A stretch of DNA of 64,000 bases from a virus (Duplodnaviria > Caudoviricetes), in the IMG/VR virus record IMGVR_UViG_3300017902_000306, positions 10,083 to 74,082 of that record. The stretch is one strand, 5' to 3'. Made by a program: the position numbers and the translations under genes. The notes beneath the pieces are model-generated. The model ran no database searches. It was not told the origin of the DNA and saw nothing but the letters and a program-made list of their open reading frames with translations. The number at the start of each line of letters is the position of its first letter. Positions within the stretch are counted from its first letter, which is position 1. This document shows positions 47,623-56,389 of this stretch, one piece after another.

Positions 47623-48792
47623 ATGAGTGTAAAACAGAAAGATCAGTTGATGTCCGCCCTTGCTGAGGCAAACAATTCCACGGGAATCTTCACTAAGTCT
47701 GAAGTTCTCAAAATCGCTGCTGAGGCTGGTCTCAGTAAACCGATGTGGTTTTTCAAAGAGGCCAAAGTTGGTCGCAATCAGTTCAATCCTTCAATGGTTG
47801 GTCAAGTTGTGCAAATGCCAAAACCAGTTGAAGTGATTCAAACACAACCAGAACCAGTTGCCGCTGCTGCGTCTAAGGTTCTAACCATGGCGAAACTTGC
47901 AGTGGAAATTGAAAACCTAGTTCCTGCCAAAGATTCGACATACGTTCCTTTCGGTTTCTATCGTGACCTAGTGAACATTGTCAAGTCTGGTATGTTCTAC
48001 CCTACTTTTATTTGTGGTCTCTCTGGTAACGGTAAGACCATGATGGTTGAACAAGTCTGCGCTAAGTTGCAGCGTGAGGCAATCCGTGTCAACATTTCGA
48101 TTGAGACCGATGAAGATGATTTGATCGGTGGCAATACGCTGGTTGATGGTAACGTTGTCTATCGTGAAGGCCCTGTGTTGACTGCCATGAAACGTGGCGC
48201 AATTCTGATCCTTGATGAGATTGACCGTGGATCAAACAAGTTGATGTGTCTACAGGCAATCCTTGAAGGCAAACCCTACTTCAACAAAAAGAATGGCGAA
48301 GTTGTCACTCCCGCCGCTGGTTTCAACGTGATCGCTACTGCGAACACAAAGGGCCGTGGTTCCGATGACGGTAAGTTCATGGGTGCTCAGATTCTTGATG
48401 AGGCGTTCCTTGAGCGATTCGCAATCACGGTTGAACAGGAATACCCTTCCGCTGTTCAAGAGAAAAAAATCATTGTCAACAAAATGACTGTCGCCAATTG
48501 TGTCGATGAAGATTACGCTGACAAGTTGGTTACTTGGGCTGATGTGATCCGAAAGACTTTCTATGAGGGTGGCATTGATGAGTTGGTTTCGACTCGCCGA
48601 CTTGAACACATTGTCAAGGCGTTCGCCATGTTTGGTGACCGACTCAAGGCGATTCAGTTGTGTGTCAACCGATTCGATACTGACACCAAGGCTGCGTTCA
48701 TTGATCTCTACACCAAAGTAGATGCTGGTGTTGATCTTGATGCCGAAGTGACAGAAACTTCTGAGGAAAAGGAAGATGATCTTGACTTCTAA
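47623..48792 (+). CDS. cobS: CobS-like MoxR AAA+ ATPase
   Basis: GLSGNGKT, LILDEID, ATANTKG.G, DEAFLERF, STRRL.HI. Confidence 0.9.
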   Translation: MSVKQKDQLMSALAEANNSTGIFTKSEVLKIAAEAGLSKPMWFFKEAKVGRNQFNPSMVGQVVQMPKPVEVIQTQPEPVAAAASKVLTMAKLAVEIENLVPAKDSTYVPFGFYRDLVNIVKSGMFYPTFICGLSGNGKTMMVEQVCAKLQREAIRVNISIETDEDDLIGGNTLVDGNVVYREGPVLTAMKRGAILILDEIDRGSNKLMCLQAILEGKPYFNKKNGEVVTPAAGFNVIATANTKGRGSDDGKFMGAQILDEAFLERFAITVEQEYPSAVQEKKIIVNKMTVANCVDEDYADKLVTWADVIRKTFYEGGIDELVSTRRLEHIVKAFAMFGDRLKAIQLCVNRFDTDTKAAFIDLYTKVDAGVDLDAEVTETSEEKEDDLDF

Positions 48793-49060
48793 TATAAATT
48801 ACAAATACAATGAAGGAGCTCTTATCAAAGAGCTCCAAAAATATATTGATGCTACCTATGGTGAACACTACTCAATCAATAAGTATCAGGCGACTGAGTT
48901 TATTATTGACGGTGGCCACGGTGAGGGGTTTTGCATTGGAAACATCCTAAAGTATGCACAACGCTACGGTAAAAAGGATGGATACAACCGAAAAGATTTG
49001 ATGAAGGTGTTACACTACGCCTTGATCGCACTCCATGTTCACGACTTAGAACAGGAGTAA
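48776..49060 (+). CDS. DUF3310-like conserved phage protein
   Basis: GEGFCIGNILKYAQRYGKKDG...DLMK.LHY. Confidence 0.7.
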   Translation: MILTSNINYKYNEGALIKELQKYIDATYGEHYSINKYQATEFIIDGGHGEGFCIGNILKYAQRYGKKDGYNRKDLMKVLHYALIALHVHDLEQE

Positions 49061-49065
49061 CAGTT

Positions 49066-49136
49066 CCGCTACGGCGGGCCGGACATCGTGCAGACCTCTC
49101 TCACTCTCTCTCAATATGCCGATGTCCGGCATTTTT
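49066..49136 (+). terminator. Double hairpin with T tract; terminator and/or sRNA candidate
   Basis: CCGC-TACG-GCGG, then GCCGGACATCG(49078-88)...CGATGTCCGGC(49120-30) followed by ATTTTT. Confidence 0.65.
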
Positions 49137-49138
49137 AT

Positions 49139-49146
49139 TATAAATA
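49139..49146 (+). promoter_or_regulatory. T4-type late promoter
   Basis: TATAAATA before ORF 49186. Confidence 0.75.
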
Positions 49147-49185
49147 AGAGAGATAAATAAACAACTGTCGAGAGGAGAAATTCAA

Positions 49186-49521
49186 ATGGCATTTAGATAT
49201 CGAATGACTTTTACAAGGGCCAATGCAGACACAGAGTGGCCTTTTTGGGAATCAAGTTTGACCAGCACTTCTTTTCAAACTAAAGCAAACGCATGGCAAG
49301 ATTGGTATGCAGAGAGATCAGATTCTTCTCTGTCAACTTCCACTAGTGCTGATGGTAATACCATTCACATTGACTTGATGTTTGCAAATGAGGAGGCATG
49401 GAACACCTTTAGGTCAGAAGCAGAATCAGCTGGTCTTGATAATCAGTGGGCGGATAGTAATGTTACTTCTTGGATGACCACCAATAATGTCTCTTTGTCG
49501 GAGTCAAGTGGAGCAGTTTAA
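49186..49521 (+). CDS. Hypothetical late protein
   Basis: GAGGAG RBS, 111 aa, late promoter upstream. Confidence 0.65.
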   Translation: MAFRYRMTFTRANADTEWPFWESSLTSTSFQTKANAWQDWYAERSDSSLSTSTSADGNTIHIDLMFANEEAWNTFRSEAESAGLDNQWADSNVTSWMTTNNVSLSESSGAV

Positions 49522-49553
49522 CCCTTGACACCTTCTTTATTTTTTGTTATGAT
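49522..49553 (+). promoter_or_regulatory. Early/middle promoter
   Basis: CCC-TTGACA-17-TATGAT. Confidence 0.75.
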
Positions 49554-49577
49554 GTATTTTGTTGATTGGAGAAATTT

Positions 49578-50234
49578 ATGATGAAAGTTAGTAAACCCAC
49601 ACTTGATACCTTTAAGAACTTTGCCTCTATCAACACGAACCTTCTAGTTCGTGAGGGGCAAACTCTTTCTACGGTATCAAATTCTATGAACATTCTGTGC
49701 CGTGCTGCGGTGACAGAAACTTTTCCACGAGAATTTGCCATCTATGACTTGAACCAGTTCCTATCCCTATTGACTATGGATGAGGATGCTGATCTTGAGT
49801 TTGGTGATGAGTCTGTTACCGTGAAAACTGGCGTTGGTAAGTTTGAGTTCTTCTATGCAGAACCATCCGTTATCAAGGCTGCACCAGACAAAGAGATTCC
49901 TGTCGAGGAATTGTATTCCTTCTCTGTCACCAGAGATACTATCCAGACAATCTATCGTGCTGCGTCTGCTATCTCTGCTCCCTTCCTGAGAGTAGTTGGT
50001 GATGGTAGTCAGGTATCGCTCTCTGTTGGTGATCCCAATACGCCCAAGAGCAATTCGTTCACGATGTCTCTGGGTTCAACCGATCTTGAGTTTGATGCTA
50101 GACTTGGCATTGACTCACTCAAGATCATTCCCGATGATTATGATGTGACCATTGGCACCAAACCAGTGATGAAGTTCAGTAATTCTGGCCGAGTATATTG
50201 GTTGGCGCTTGATCCATCCTCAAAAGTAGGATAA
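49578..50234 (+). CDS. gp45: Sliding clamp
   Basis: LDTFKNFASINTNL, EFAIYDLNQFL, FFYAEPSVI, DYDV; start at the ATG after GGAG. Confidence 0.93.
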   Translation: MMKVSKPTLDTFKNFASINTNLLVREGQTLSTVSNSMNILCRAAVTETFPREFAIYDLNQFLSLLTMDEDADLEFGDESVTVKTGVGKFEFFYAEPSVIKAAPDKEIPVEELYSFSVTRDTIQTIYRAASAISAPFLRVVGDGSQVSLSVGDPNTPKSNSFTMSLGSTDLEFDARLGIDSLKIIPDDYDVTIGTKPVMKFSNSGRVYWLALDPSSKVG

Positions 50235-50238
50235 AAAA

Positions 50239-50862
50239 ATGAATGGTGTGATTGAAGTGGGGCAAAAAGTCCCAATGGATGTCGTGTGGAATACACGAGT
50301 CAAATGCCCTGAGATGGTAAGTGCTGGAGTAGAAAACCCATACAAGTGGGAATCAGTAACTTCATCTGATATCTTTGCAGGCAAAAGGGTAATTGTTTTT
50401 GCTCTGCCTGGAGCCTTTACTCCGACTTGTTCCTCTAAACAACTACCCGAATTTGAAAACAACTATCAGATGTTCAAGCGAGCGGGTGTCGATGAGGTTT
50501 ATTGTCTATCAGTGAACGACAGTTTCGTAATGAACATGTGGTTCCGATACCAACAGATAAATGGAGTCAAACCCATCCCCGATGGTTCTGGTTTGTTTAC
50601 TGCTGAAATGGGTATGATGGTAGACAAAGATAACTTATCATTTGGTTCTCGCTCTTGGCGATACTCTATGCTAGTCAATGATGGTGTAGTAGAGAAGGCA
50701 TTTGTCGAAGATGGTTTCGGTGATAACATTGGTGATGATCCTTTTGAGGTATCTGATGCGTTGACAATGTTCAACTATGTTACCACTGATAGTCCTGTTG
50801 GCCGTCAACTGACCTTGAACCTTGAAGAACGTTTGAATTCCAAGGAACAGATTGGATCATAA
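50239..50862 (+). CDS. Peroxiredoxin (Prx5/Redoxin type)
   Basis: LPGAFTPTCS, YCLSVNDSFVM..W, GSRSWRYSM.V.DG. Confidence 0.9.
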   Translation: MNGVIEVGQKVPMDVVWNTRVKCPEMVSAGVENPYKWESVTSSDIFAGKRVIVFALPGAFTPTCSSKQLPEFENNYQMFKRAGVDEVYCLSVNDSFVMNMWFRYQQINGVKPIPDGSGLFTAEMGMMVDKDNLSFGSRSWRYSMLVNDGVVEKAFVEDGFGDNIGDDPFEVSDALTMFNYVTTDSPVGRQLTLNLEERLNSKEQIGS

Positions 50863-51613
50863 ATTGGCAAAAAGAATTGTTATGGTGTCGGGGGGTTTCG
50901 ATCCCCTACACGGTGGTCACATCAACCTACTAGAAAGTGCTAAAAAACTTGGTGATGTCCTAGTAGTCGGTCTCAACAGTGATGATTGGTTGTTCCGCAA
51001 AAAGGGAAAACCTTTCATGGACTTCTGGCAAAGACTCGACATCATGGCAAATCTAAAAATGGTTGATCACGTTGTCCCATTCGATGACGATGATGATACC
51101 GCAACACAATTCATTCTTGATTGCAAAAAAAATTACGGCAAAGATTGCATTTACATTTTTGCCAATGGGGGAGATCGGAGGTGTTCTAATATTCCAGAAC
51201 GTGTTGATGGTGTGATACAACAAACTGGAGTTGGGGGAGACAATAAAGCAAACTCCAGTTCTCACATCTGCCGAACAAAAAGAGATTGGGGATACTTTGA
51301 CGAACTCCTCAAGTATCCTGATGCGAAAGTAAAACTTCTTAACGTAGAACCAAATGACGGAATATCATATCAGAGACATTTTGAAAGAGGTGAGTTCTGG
51401 TTTGTCCTTGAGGGCAAGGCACTAGTCAAACATGCAATAGGTCACGAGTCGAACTATGAAAATCACATCTTGACAAAACATGATTACTTTAGTATAATGC
51501 CTTATCACTGGCATCAAGTTACAAACATTGGTGATGAACCTTTGAAAATTTTAGAGATACAATATGGTAGTTATCTTGAAGAAGATGACATTGAACGTGA
51601 GGAGATTCTATGA
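50852..51613 (+). CDS. Cytidylyltransferase fused to a mannose-6-P-isomerase-type cupin
   Basis: SGGFDPLHGGH, FANGGDR, then SYQRH..R.E.WFV..G...HQ..N...LEIQYG.Y.EEDDI.R. Confidence 0.85.
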   Translation: MDHKLAKRIVMVSGGFDPLHGGHINLLESAKKLGDVLVVGLNSDDWLFRKKGKPFMDFWQRLDIMANLKMVDHVVPFDDDDDTATQFILDCKKNYGKDCIYIFANGGDRRCSNIPERVDGVIQQTGVGGDNKANSSSHICRTKRDWGYFDELLKYPDAKVKLLNVEPNDGISYQRHFERGEFWFVLEGKALVKHAIGHESNYENHILTKHDYFSIMPYHWHQVTNIGDEPLKILEIQYGSYLEEDDIEREEIL

Positions 51614-51783
51614 GAAAGAAGGGTGTGAATGATCGGCGCAAGGTTGCGCTGGCAAACTTGGAAAAGGCTAAGTTCTTCCCAAAGAAGATCAAGTCTGGTA
51701 AGAAGATGGTGGAACGTTCCGAAGAAACTTGGAACGAGAAACGCCTGCAACAAATCGAAACTCTTGAAAAAAGAATTCGATGA
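51610..51783 (+). CDS. Small basic protein (not in the ORF track)
   Basis: GGAG RBS; MRKKGVNDRRKVALANLEKAKFFPKK...; ATGA overlaps at both ends. Confidence 0.55.
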   Translation: MRKKGVNDRRKVALANLEKAKFFPKKIKSGKKMVERSEETWNEKRLQQIETLEKRIR

Positions 51784-52241
51784 AAGAATTTGATTACAGT
51801 TTTGATTACAAGTCTCTTGACTTTACAGATCAGGAGACTCGCAAACTGTATCGTATCGGCAGGGGTGAACAAGGTGTTCTTCTGGTTCGCCCCTACACCG
51901 ATTTGATTTGTGCTCACTGGAGATTCAAAACACCAGAAGAAGCAAAAGAATCCAGTGACCGAATCTATTCTATGTTCAAACAATACAAGCAAAGTGATGA
52001 TTTTATTGGCATGGACATGGCACGCAAGTTCCTAGAGATGGGATTCACTCGTGCGAGAAGGTATGCAAACCACAACGATGGCAAAAAGTATGACAGTGAA
52101 GGGAATGTGAAACCGCAAGAACCCGATTGGAATACCAGTAAGTATGCTATCGCTGCAAGAATCTTCAAGAAGGTTCGTGACTTGGCTGCATACGATGAAG
52201 ATTATTTGGTTATGAGAAAAGAGTGGAGATCGAATGAATGA
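51780..52241 (+). CDS. DUF4385-family protein
   Basis: YRIGRGEQGVLLV.PY...HWRFKTP, GMDMARKFLEMG.TRARRYANH. Confidence 0.85.
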   Translation: MKEFDYSFDYKSLDFTDQETRKLYRIGRGEQGVLLVRPYTDLICAHWRFKTPEEAKESSDRIYSMFKQYKQSDDFIGMDMARKFLEMGFTRARRYANHNDGKKYDSEGNVKPQEPDWNTSKYAIAARIFKKVRDLAAYDEDYLVMRKEWRSNE

Positions 52242-53163
52242 ATTTTTATGGGTAGAAAAATACAGACCAGCGAACATTGCTGACTGTGTTCTTCCAGATC
52301 GAATCAAACAGAACTTTGAGGAGATCGTCAAGCAGGGTGAGATTCCCAACATGTTACTTTGTGGCACTGCCGGAACGGGTAAGACTACCGTTGCGAAGGC
52401 ACTGTGCAATGAACTTGGTGTTGACTACATCCTTATCAATGGTTCTGATGAATCAGGTATTGATGTTCTCAGGACAAAGATCAGAGACTTTGCATCCACA
52501 GTAAGTTTCGGTGGACAAACTAAAGTTGTGATCTTGGACGAGGCAGACTATCTGAATCCAAACTCCACGCAGCCTGCACTCAGGGCATTCATTGAGGAGT
52601 TCTCTGCCAATTGTCGATTCATCTTCACTTGTAATTTCAAGAACAGAATCATCGAACCTCTGCACTCTCGTTGTGCGGTGATTGATTTCAAACTCAACAA
52701 AGATGAAAAACAGTTGATCGCCAGTAAGTTCATGGGTAGACTCAAGTATGTTCTTGATGAGGAAAACATCAACTACTCTGAGAAGGTGGTCGCCGAACTT
52801 TTGATGAAGTATTTCCCAGACTATCGTAGGACTCTGAACGAGTTGCAACGATACTCCAAGTCTGGTATCATTGATGAAGGTATTCTCAGTAACATTGCTG
52901 AGGTAAACATCAAGGGTTTGGTTGACAGTCTCAAGGATAAGGACTTCAAGAAGATGCGACAGTGGGTGGCAAACAATGCTGACACTGATCCACAAGGATT
53001 GTATCGTAAAATCTATGACAGTCTTATGGACAAGGTTAGTAATCCAGCACACTTGGTTCTGCTAGTTGCAGACTACCAATACAAGTCTGCCTTTGTTGCT
53101 GATCAAGAAATTAATCTGACTGCCTGTTTGGTAGATGTGATGGCAAACCTTGATATTAAGTAA
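52234..53163 (+). CDS. gp44: Clamp loader large subunit
   Basis: LWVEKYRP, GTAGTGKTT, DEADY, LHSRC, YFPDYRR. Confidence 0.96.
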   Translation: MNEFLWVEKYRPANIADCVLPDRIKQNFEEIVKQGEIPNMLLCGTAGTGKTTVAKALCNELGVDYILINGSDESGIDVLRTKIRDFASTVSFGGQTKVVILDEADYLNPNSTQPALRAFIEEFSANCRFIFTCNFKNRIIEPLHSRCAVIDFKLNKDEKQLIASKFMGRLKYVLDEENINYSEKVVAELLMKYFPDYRRTLNELQRYSKSGIIDEGILSNIAEVNIKGLVDSLKDKDFKKMRQWVANNADTDPQGLYRKIYDSLMDKVSNPAHLVLLVADYQYKSAFVADQEINLTACLVDVMANLDIK

Positions 53164-53944
53164 TTTTAATTTATCTCAAGCAGATCACAACATTGCTCGT
53201 GCCGTCACAGATATGGTTCTGGATGACGGTGTTGTTGTTTTCCGCAATCAGAATTTGTCACCCGATGAAGAAGTTGCCTTCTGCAAAATGATTGGTGAGT
53301 GCCAAAGATTGCAGAACAAGCCCGGCGAAAGGGGAGAACACATTGCTGTCAACGATCACATCATTCGGGTAACTGGTGAGAAGAACAATCATGGTGAGCC
53401 TGGATTATTTGGACACACTTCTGCACTGGACTGGCATGCCAATCAAGCAAGCAGTTATGAACGTGCGCCCTTGATATGGTTGCATGGTGTGAAAGGAACC
53501 GCTGGAAGTTGCACTAGTTGGATTGACATGCAAGCGGCATACAGGGATTTGCCGCAAAGTATTAAAAGAGAATTGGCAGACGTAGAGATTACTTTGGGAT
53601 ACAAGTCTGGTTCCTATTCTGAGAGTGAGTTCTTTGTTGAACATCATGCTGAGGATAGACCTTTCAAGTTGGTGCATACAAATGATGCGGGCAAGACGGG
53701 TCTCTACTTTCCATTCCTACAGATATTTGGAATGGTAGGATACGAAGAACATGACTTCAAACAGACGATGGATTGGCTGATAGAACATGTGTTGCAAGAT
53801 AAGTATAGGTATGATCACCATTGGGAAGATGGTGACGTTGTGATTAGTGAACAGTGGTTGACTATCCATAAGAGACATGAGTTCATGGATATGTCTCACA
53901 GAGTATTGCACCGTATCGCATTTGATTACAGGAAGATGATATGA
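53150..53944 (+). CDS. TauD/TfdA-family 2OG-Fe(II) dioxygenase
   Basis: GVVVFRNQNLS, WHAN (His-x-Asn where HxD is expected), LVH...G, H.W..GD.VI...W.TIH.R. Confidence 0.8.
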   Translation: MILSNFNLSQADHNIARAVTDMVLDDGVVVFRNQNLSPDEEVAFCKMIGECQRLQNKPGERGEHIAVNDHIIRVTGEKNNHGEPGLFGHTSALDWHANQASSYERAPLIWLHGVKGTAGSCTSWIDMQAAYRDLPQSIKRELADVEITLGYKSGSYSESEFFVEHHAEDRPFKLVHTNDAGKTGLYFPFLQIFGMVGYEEHDFKQTMDWLIEHVLQDKYRYDHHWEDGDVVISEQWLTIHKRHEFMDMSHRVLHRIAFDYRKMI

Positions 53945-54387
53945 TCGAAGGATTGGGTGAACCAAAAAAGACATACAGTGCTGAGGAGTTTGTTGTCAAG
54001 AAAAAGGCAATCAGTCCCTTTGACTTTGCCAAGAGTATTTGTGATACCAAAGAAAATCTGATGGTGGATGATTGGTCTGAGAAACAATACAGTCCTTATA
54101 TCGTGAACAAACACTTGTCCTATGGCAGTGACACTGTGACTGCTGCGAATGAGATGAACGCAAGACCACACATTGACCACAAGTTGCAGTATGATTTTCT
54201 CAAGAGTATCATTCGCAAGAAACGTAGATTCAACAAGTGGTTGAAACCAGAACAAGAAGAAAACATGGAGTTGGTGCAAGAATACTTTGGATACAGTAAG
54301 ACCAAGGCATTGGATGCACTAAGAATTTTAAGTGATGATGATTTGTTTCTGATGAGGAAACAACTGAACAAGGGTGGGAAAAGTTAG
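53941..54387 (+). CDS. gp62: Clamp loader small subunit
   Basis: YSPYIVN..LS, EMN, QYDFL...IRKK.RF.KW.K, YFGYS..KA. Confidence 0.92.
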   Translation: MIEGLGEPKKTYSAEEFVVKKKAISPFDFAKSICDTKENLMVDDWSEKQYSPYIVNKHLSYGSDTVTAANEMNARPHIDHKLQYDFLKSIIRKKRRFNKWLKPEQEENMELVQEYFGYSKTKALDALRILSDDDLFLMRKQLNKGGKS

Positions 54388-54392
54388 CATTT

Positions 54393-54400
54393 TATAAATA
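54393..54400 (+). promoter_or_regulatory. T4-type late promoter
   Basis: TATAAATA before regA. Confidence 0.65.
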
Positions 54401-54441
54401 CTTTCAACATATGTTAATTTTGAATTGTTGAAGGTAATAAA

Positions 54442-54858
54442 ATGAGTGAAGAATTTTTCGACATTGACTTTCCAAACTATACACCAGTGGAAATAAAACT
54501 AAAAAATGATGATGACTTTTTGAAGGTAAGAGAGACACTATCCAGAATCGGTGTCGCATCCAAGAAAGAAAAAGTCCTGTATCAATCCTGCCATATCCTA
54601 CATAAACAGGGTAGGTATTTCATCACCCACTTTAAAGAGCTCTTTGCGCTTGATGGAAAGTCAGCTGACCTGAGCGAAAACGATTTGATGAGAAGGAATT
54701 CAATCGCCAAACTTTTGTGTGATTGGGGCCTCATCGAACTGTGTAAGCCAATCACAGAAGAAAACTTGGCACCAATGAGTCAAATCAAAATTTTGCCGTT
54801 TAAGGAAAAGGATGATTGGACTCTGGTTACCAAGTATAACATTGGCAGAAAAAAGTAA
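54442..54858 (+). CDS. regA: Translational repressor RegA
   Basis: DDFLKVRETLSRIGVAS, LYQSCHILHKQGRYFI.HFKELF.LDG. Confidence 0.97.
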   Translation: MSEEFFDIDFPNYTPVEIKLKNDDDFLKVRETLSRIGVASKKEKVLYQSCHILHKQGRYFITHFKELFALDGKSADLSENDLMRRNSIAKLLCDWGLIELCKPITEENLAPMSQIKILPFKEKDDWTLVTKYNIGRKK

Positions 54859-54890
54859 ACTAAACCCATTCATCTAATTAAGGAAGAACG

Positions 54891-55190
54891 ATGAACAAAA
54901 AATTGGCAATAACTGCCTTGCTTTCTATTATTATTGCAACACTAGTTCCATCACCCGCTCTCGCAGAAACAAATAGTAAAATTCATACAGTTTGCAAAAA
55001 ATCGTTGAAATCAGCAGAAAATCGTAGTGGTCGAATTGTTCTTAGTGGTATCAAGAGAAATTCAGAAAATATCATCGCAAAATATCGCACCTCAATCAAT
55101 GGTGAAATACGAGTAGTGAATTGTGTCTGGAATAAAGACACTCAAATGATCGAAGGTTTATATGATCGCACTACTGGTGTTGAACTATAA
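54891..55190 (+). CDS. Hypothetical secreted protein
   Basis: Signal-peptide-like N-terminus (KKLAITALLSIIIA...ALA). Confidence 0.55.
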   Translation: MNKKLAITALLSIIIATLVPSPALAETNSKIHTVCKKSLKSAENRSGRIVLSGIKRNSENIIAKYRTSINGEIRVVNCVWNKDTQMIEGLYDRTTGVEL

Positions 55191-55220
55191 TCAACGGTAA
55201 TAAACGGTATAGAAAAAAAT

Positions 55221-55255
55221 CACTTCCTGCCCCTTGACATTTGGGGCAGGAAGTG
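55221..55255. repeat. Perfect 13-bp inverted repeat around a TTGACA
   Basis: CACTTCCTGCCCC-TTGACATTT-GGGGCAGGAAGTG. Confidence 0.85.
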
Positions 55256-55267
55256 TTATATATAGTA

Positions 55268-55329
55268 GTGTGTTGCCGAAAGGAACACATAATTTTTAAA
55301 CATAACTCGCTGAAAAGGAGACTAACATG
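55268..55329 (+). promoter_or_regulatory. ROSE-like RNA thermometer candidate
   Basis: Hairpin GTGTT(G)CC-GAAA-GGAACAC, then CTC(G)CT-GAAA-AGGAG burying the SD opposite a UCGCU motif. Confidence 0.6.
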
Positions 55330-55806
55330 GTCACACGCAGATTTGGTGTAGCTGATTTGGATAAATTCGTAGAACACTATCGTCCATTCACAATTGGATT
55401 CGATTCGATGTTCGACAATCTTAACACAGTCGGTGAAATCGCAAACAACTATCCACCCTACAACATCATCAAACAGGATGAGGAACATTACATCATTGAG
55501 ATCGCAGGCGCAGGCTTTCGATCAGATGAATTCAACATTCATGTTGTGCCAGAAGGTAACAAACTTGTTATCCAAGGTGTTCAAGATCGTGGGGAAGATA
55601 AAAAAGAATATCTTCACAAAGGTATCGGTGCCAGAAACTTTACACGGACTTTCGCTCTGACGGAAGATGTAAAAGTTGTAGGCGCAGACTTTGATGATGG
55701 TATGCTCTACATCTCATTAGAGAAAGTAGTTCCCGAAGAAAAGAAACCCAAAGAAATCGTGGTGAATAAAAGCAAACCCCAATTCTTACAAGAAGGAGAG
55801 AAATGA
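55327..55806 (+). CDS. hsp20: Small heat-shock protein (IbpA-like)
   Basis: IGFDSMF, YPPYNI, IEIAGAGF, YLHKGI..R.F.R.F.L, GA.F.DGML.I.L. Confidence 0.95.
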   Translation: MVTRRFGVADLDKFVEHYRPFTIGFDSMFDNLNTVGEIANNYPPYNIIKQDEEHYIIEIAGAGFRSDEFNIHVVPEGNKLVIQGVQDRGEDKKEYLHKGIGARNFTRTFALTEDVKVVGADFDDGMLYISLEKVVPEEKKPKEIVVNKSKPQFLQEGEK

Positions 55807-55910
55807 AGACAGAGCCTGACGTATTTAGAAAGTTCAACACATTCGGAATATACATAATTTCATTAGTGGTGTGCGGAACAATGGCTTATAGTCTTGCTGC
55901 GATTGTCTGA
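55803..55910 (+). CDS. Possible 35-aa membrane peptide
   Basis: AGGAG RBS; MKTEPDVFRKFNTFGIYIISLVVCGTMAYSLAAIV. Confidence 0.35.
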   Translation: MKTEPDVFRKFNTFGIYIISLVVCGTMAYSLAAIV

Positions 55911-55924
55911 AACTGGAGAAAATT

Positions 55925-56326
55925 ATGAGTGAAGAAGTGATTGAAGCAAATGTGAATGAAGGAATCGAAGTTGAAGTTCCACCCCAAGAGGAGTGGCATG
56001 GTAAACAACCATCGTGTCTGGGCATTCACATAAGTGGGTGTGCCAACGACATGATCGCCTACCTTACTGATGACAGCAAAGGTAACCGATGGGTCGTTGA
56101 GAATCCTGCTGAAATACATTACCAAAAAGATGAGTCAAAGGAAGGATCAGTTTACAAAGTTCTCTTTGTTCCTGCTTCTCCTGCCAGTCAAGGAACACTA
56201 TTTGTTCCCTATGGTGAGTTGCAATACATCTTTGAACCAAAAGAAGATATCAAAAAAGAGTATGTAGCGAAGTTTCAACACTCCCCATCAACGGAGCACA
56301 AAACTGCGCCCAAGTATGAAGGTTGA
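55925..56326 (+). CDS. Hypothetical protein
   Basis: GGAG RBS, 133 aa, immediately before gp43. Confidence 0.6.
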   Translation: MSEEVIEANVNEGIEVEVPPQEEWHGKQPSCLGIHISGCANDMIAYLTDDSKGNRWVVENPAEIHYQKDESKEGSVYKVLFVPASPASQGTLFVPYGELQYIFEPKEDIKKEYVAKFQHSPSTEHKTAPKYEG

Positions 56327-56358
56327 CCCTTGACAGTTGACCCAACTTGTGATACTAT
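56327..56358 (+). promoter_or_regulatory. Early/middle promoter for gp43
   Basis: CCC-TTGACA-17-TACTAT. Confidence 0.7.
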
Positions 56359-56389
56359 TTAATTTGATTTATGATTTTGGTTATGGTTA

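Noticed and set aside
45195-48792. Cobalamin biosynthesis (cobS/cobT) as a metabolic novelty
   Set aside because: This is a MoxR AAA+/VWA pair common in T4-like marine phages, more likely a chaperone; no other cob genes are present.
49066-49136. tRNA or tmRNA
   Set aside because: No cloverleaf, TTC-G T-loop or CCA end; no tRNA-like sequence was recognised anywhere in the window.
55221-55255. CIRCE element
   Set aside because: The N9 spacing fits, but the arms do not match TTAGCACTC/GAGTGCTAA.
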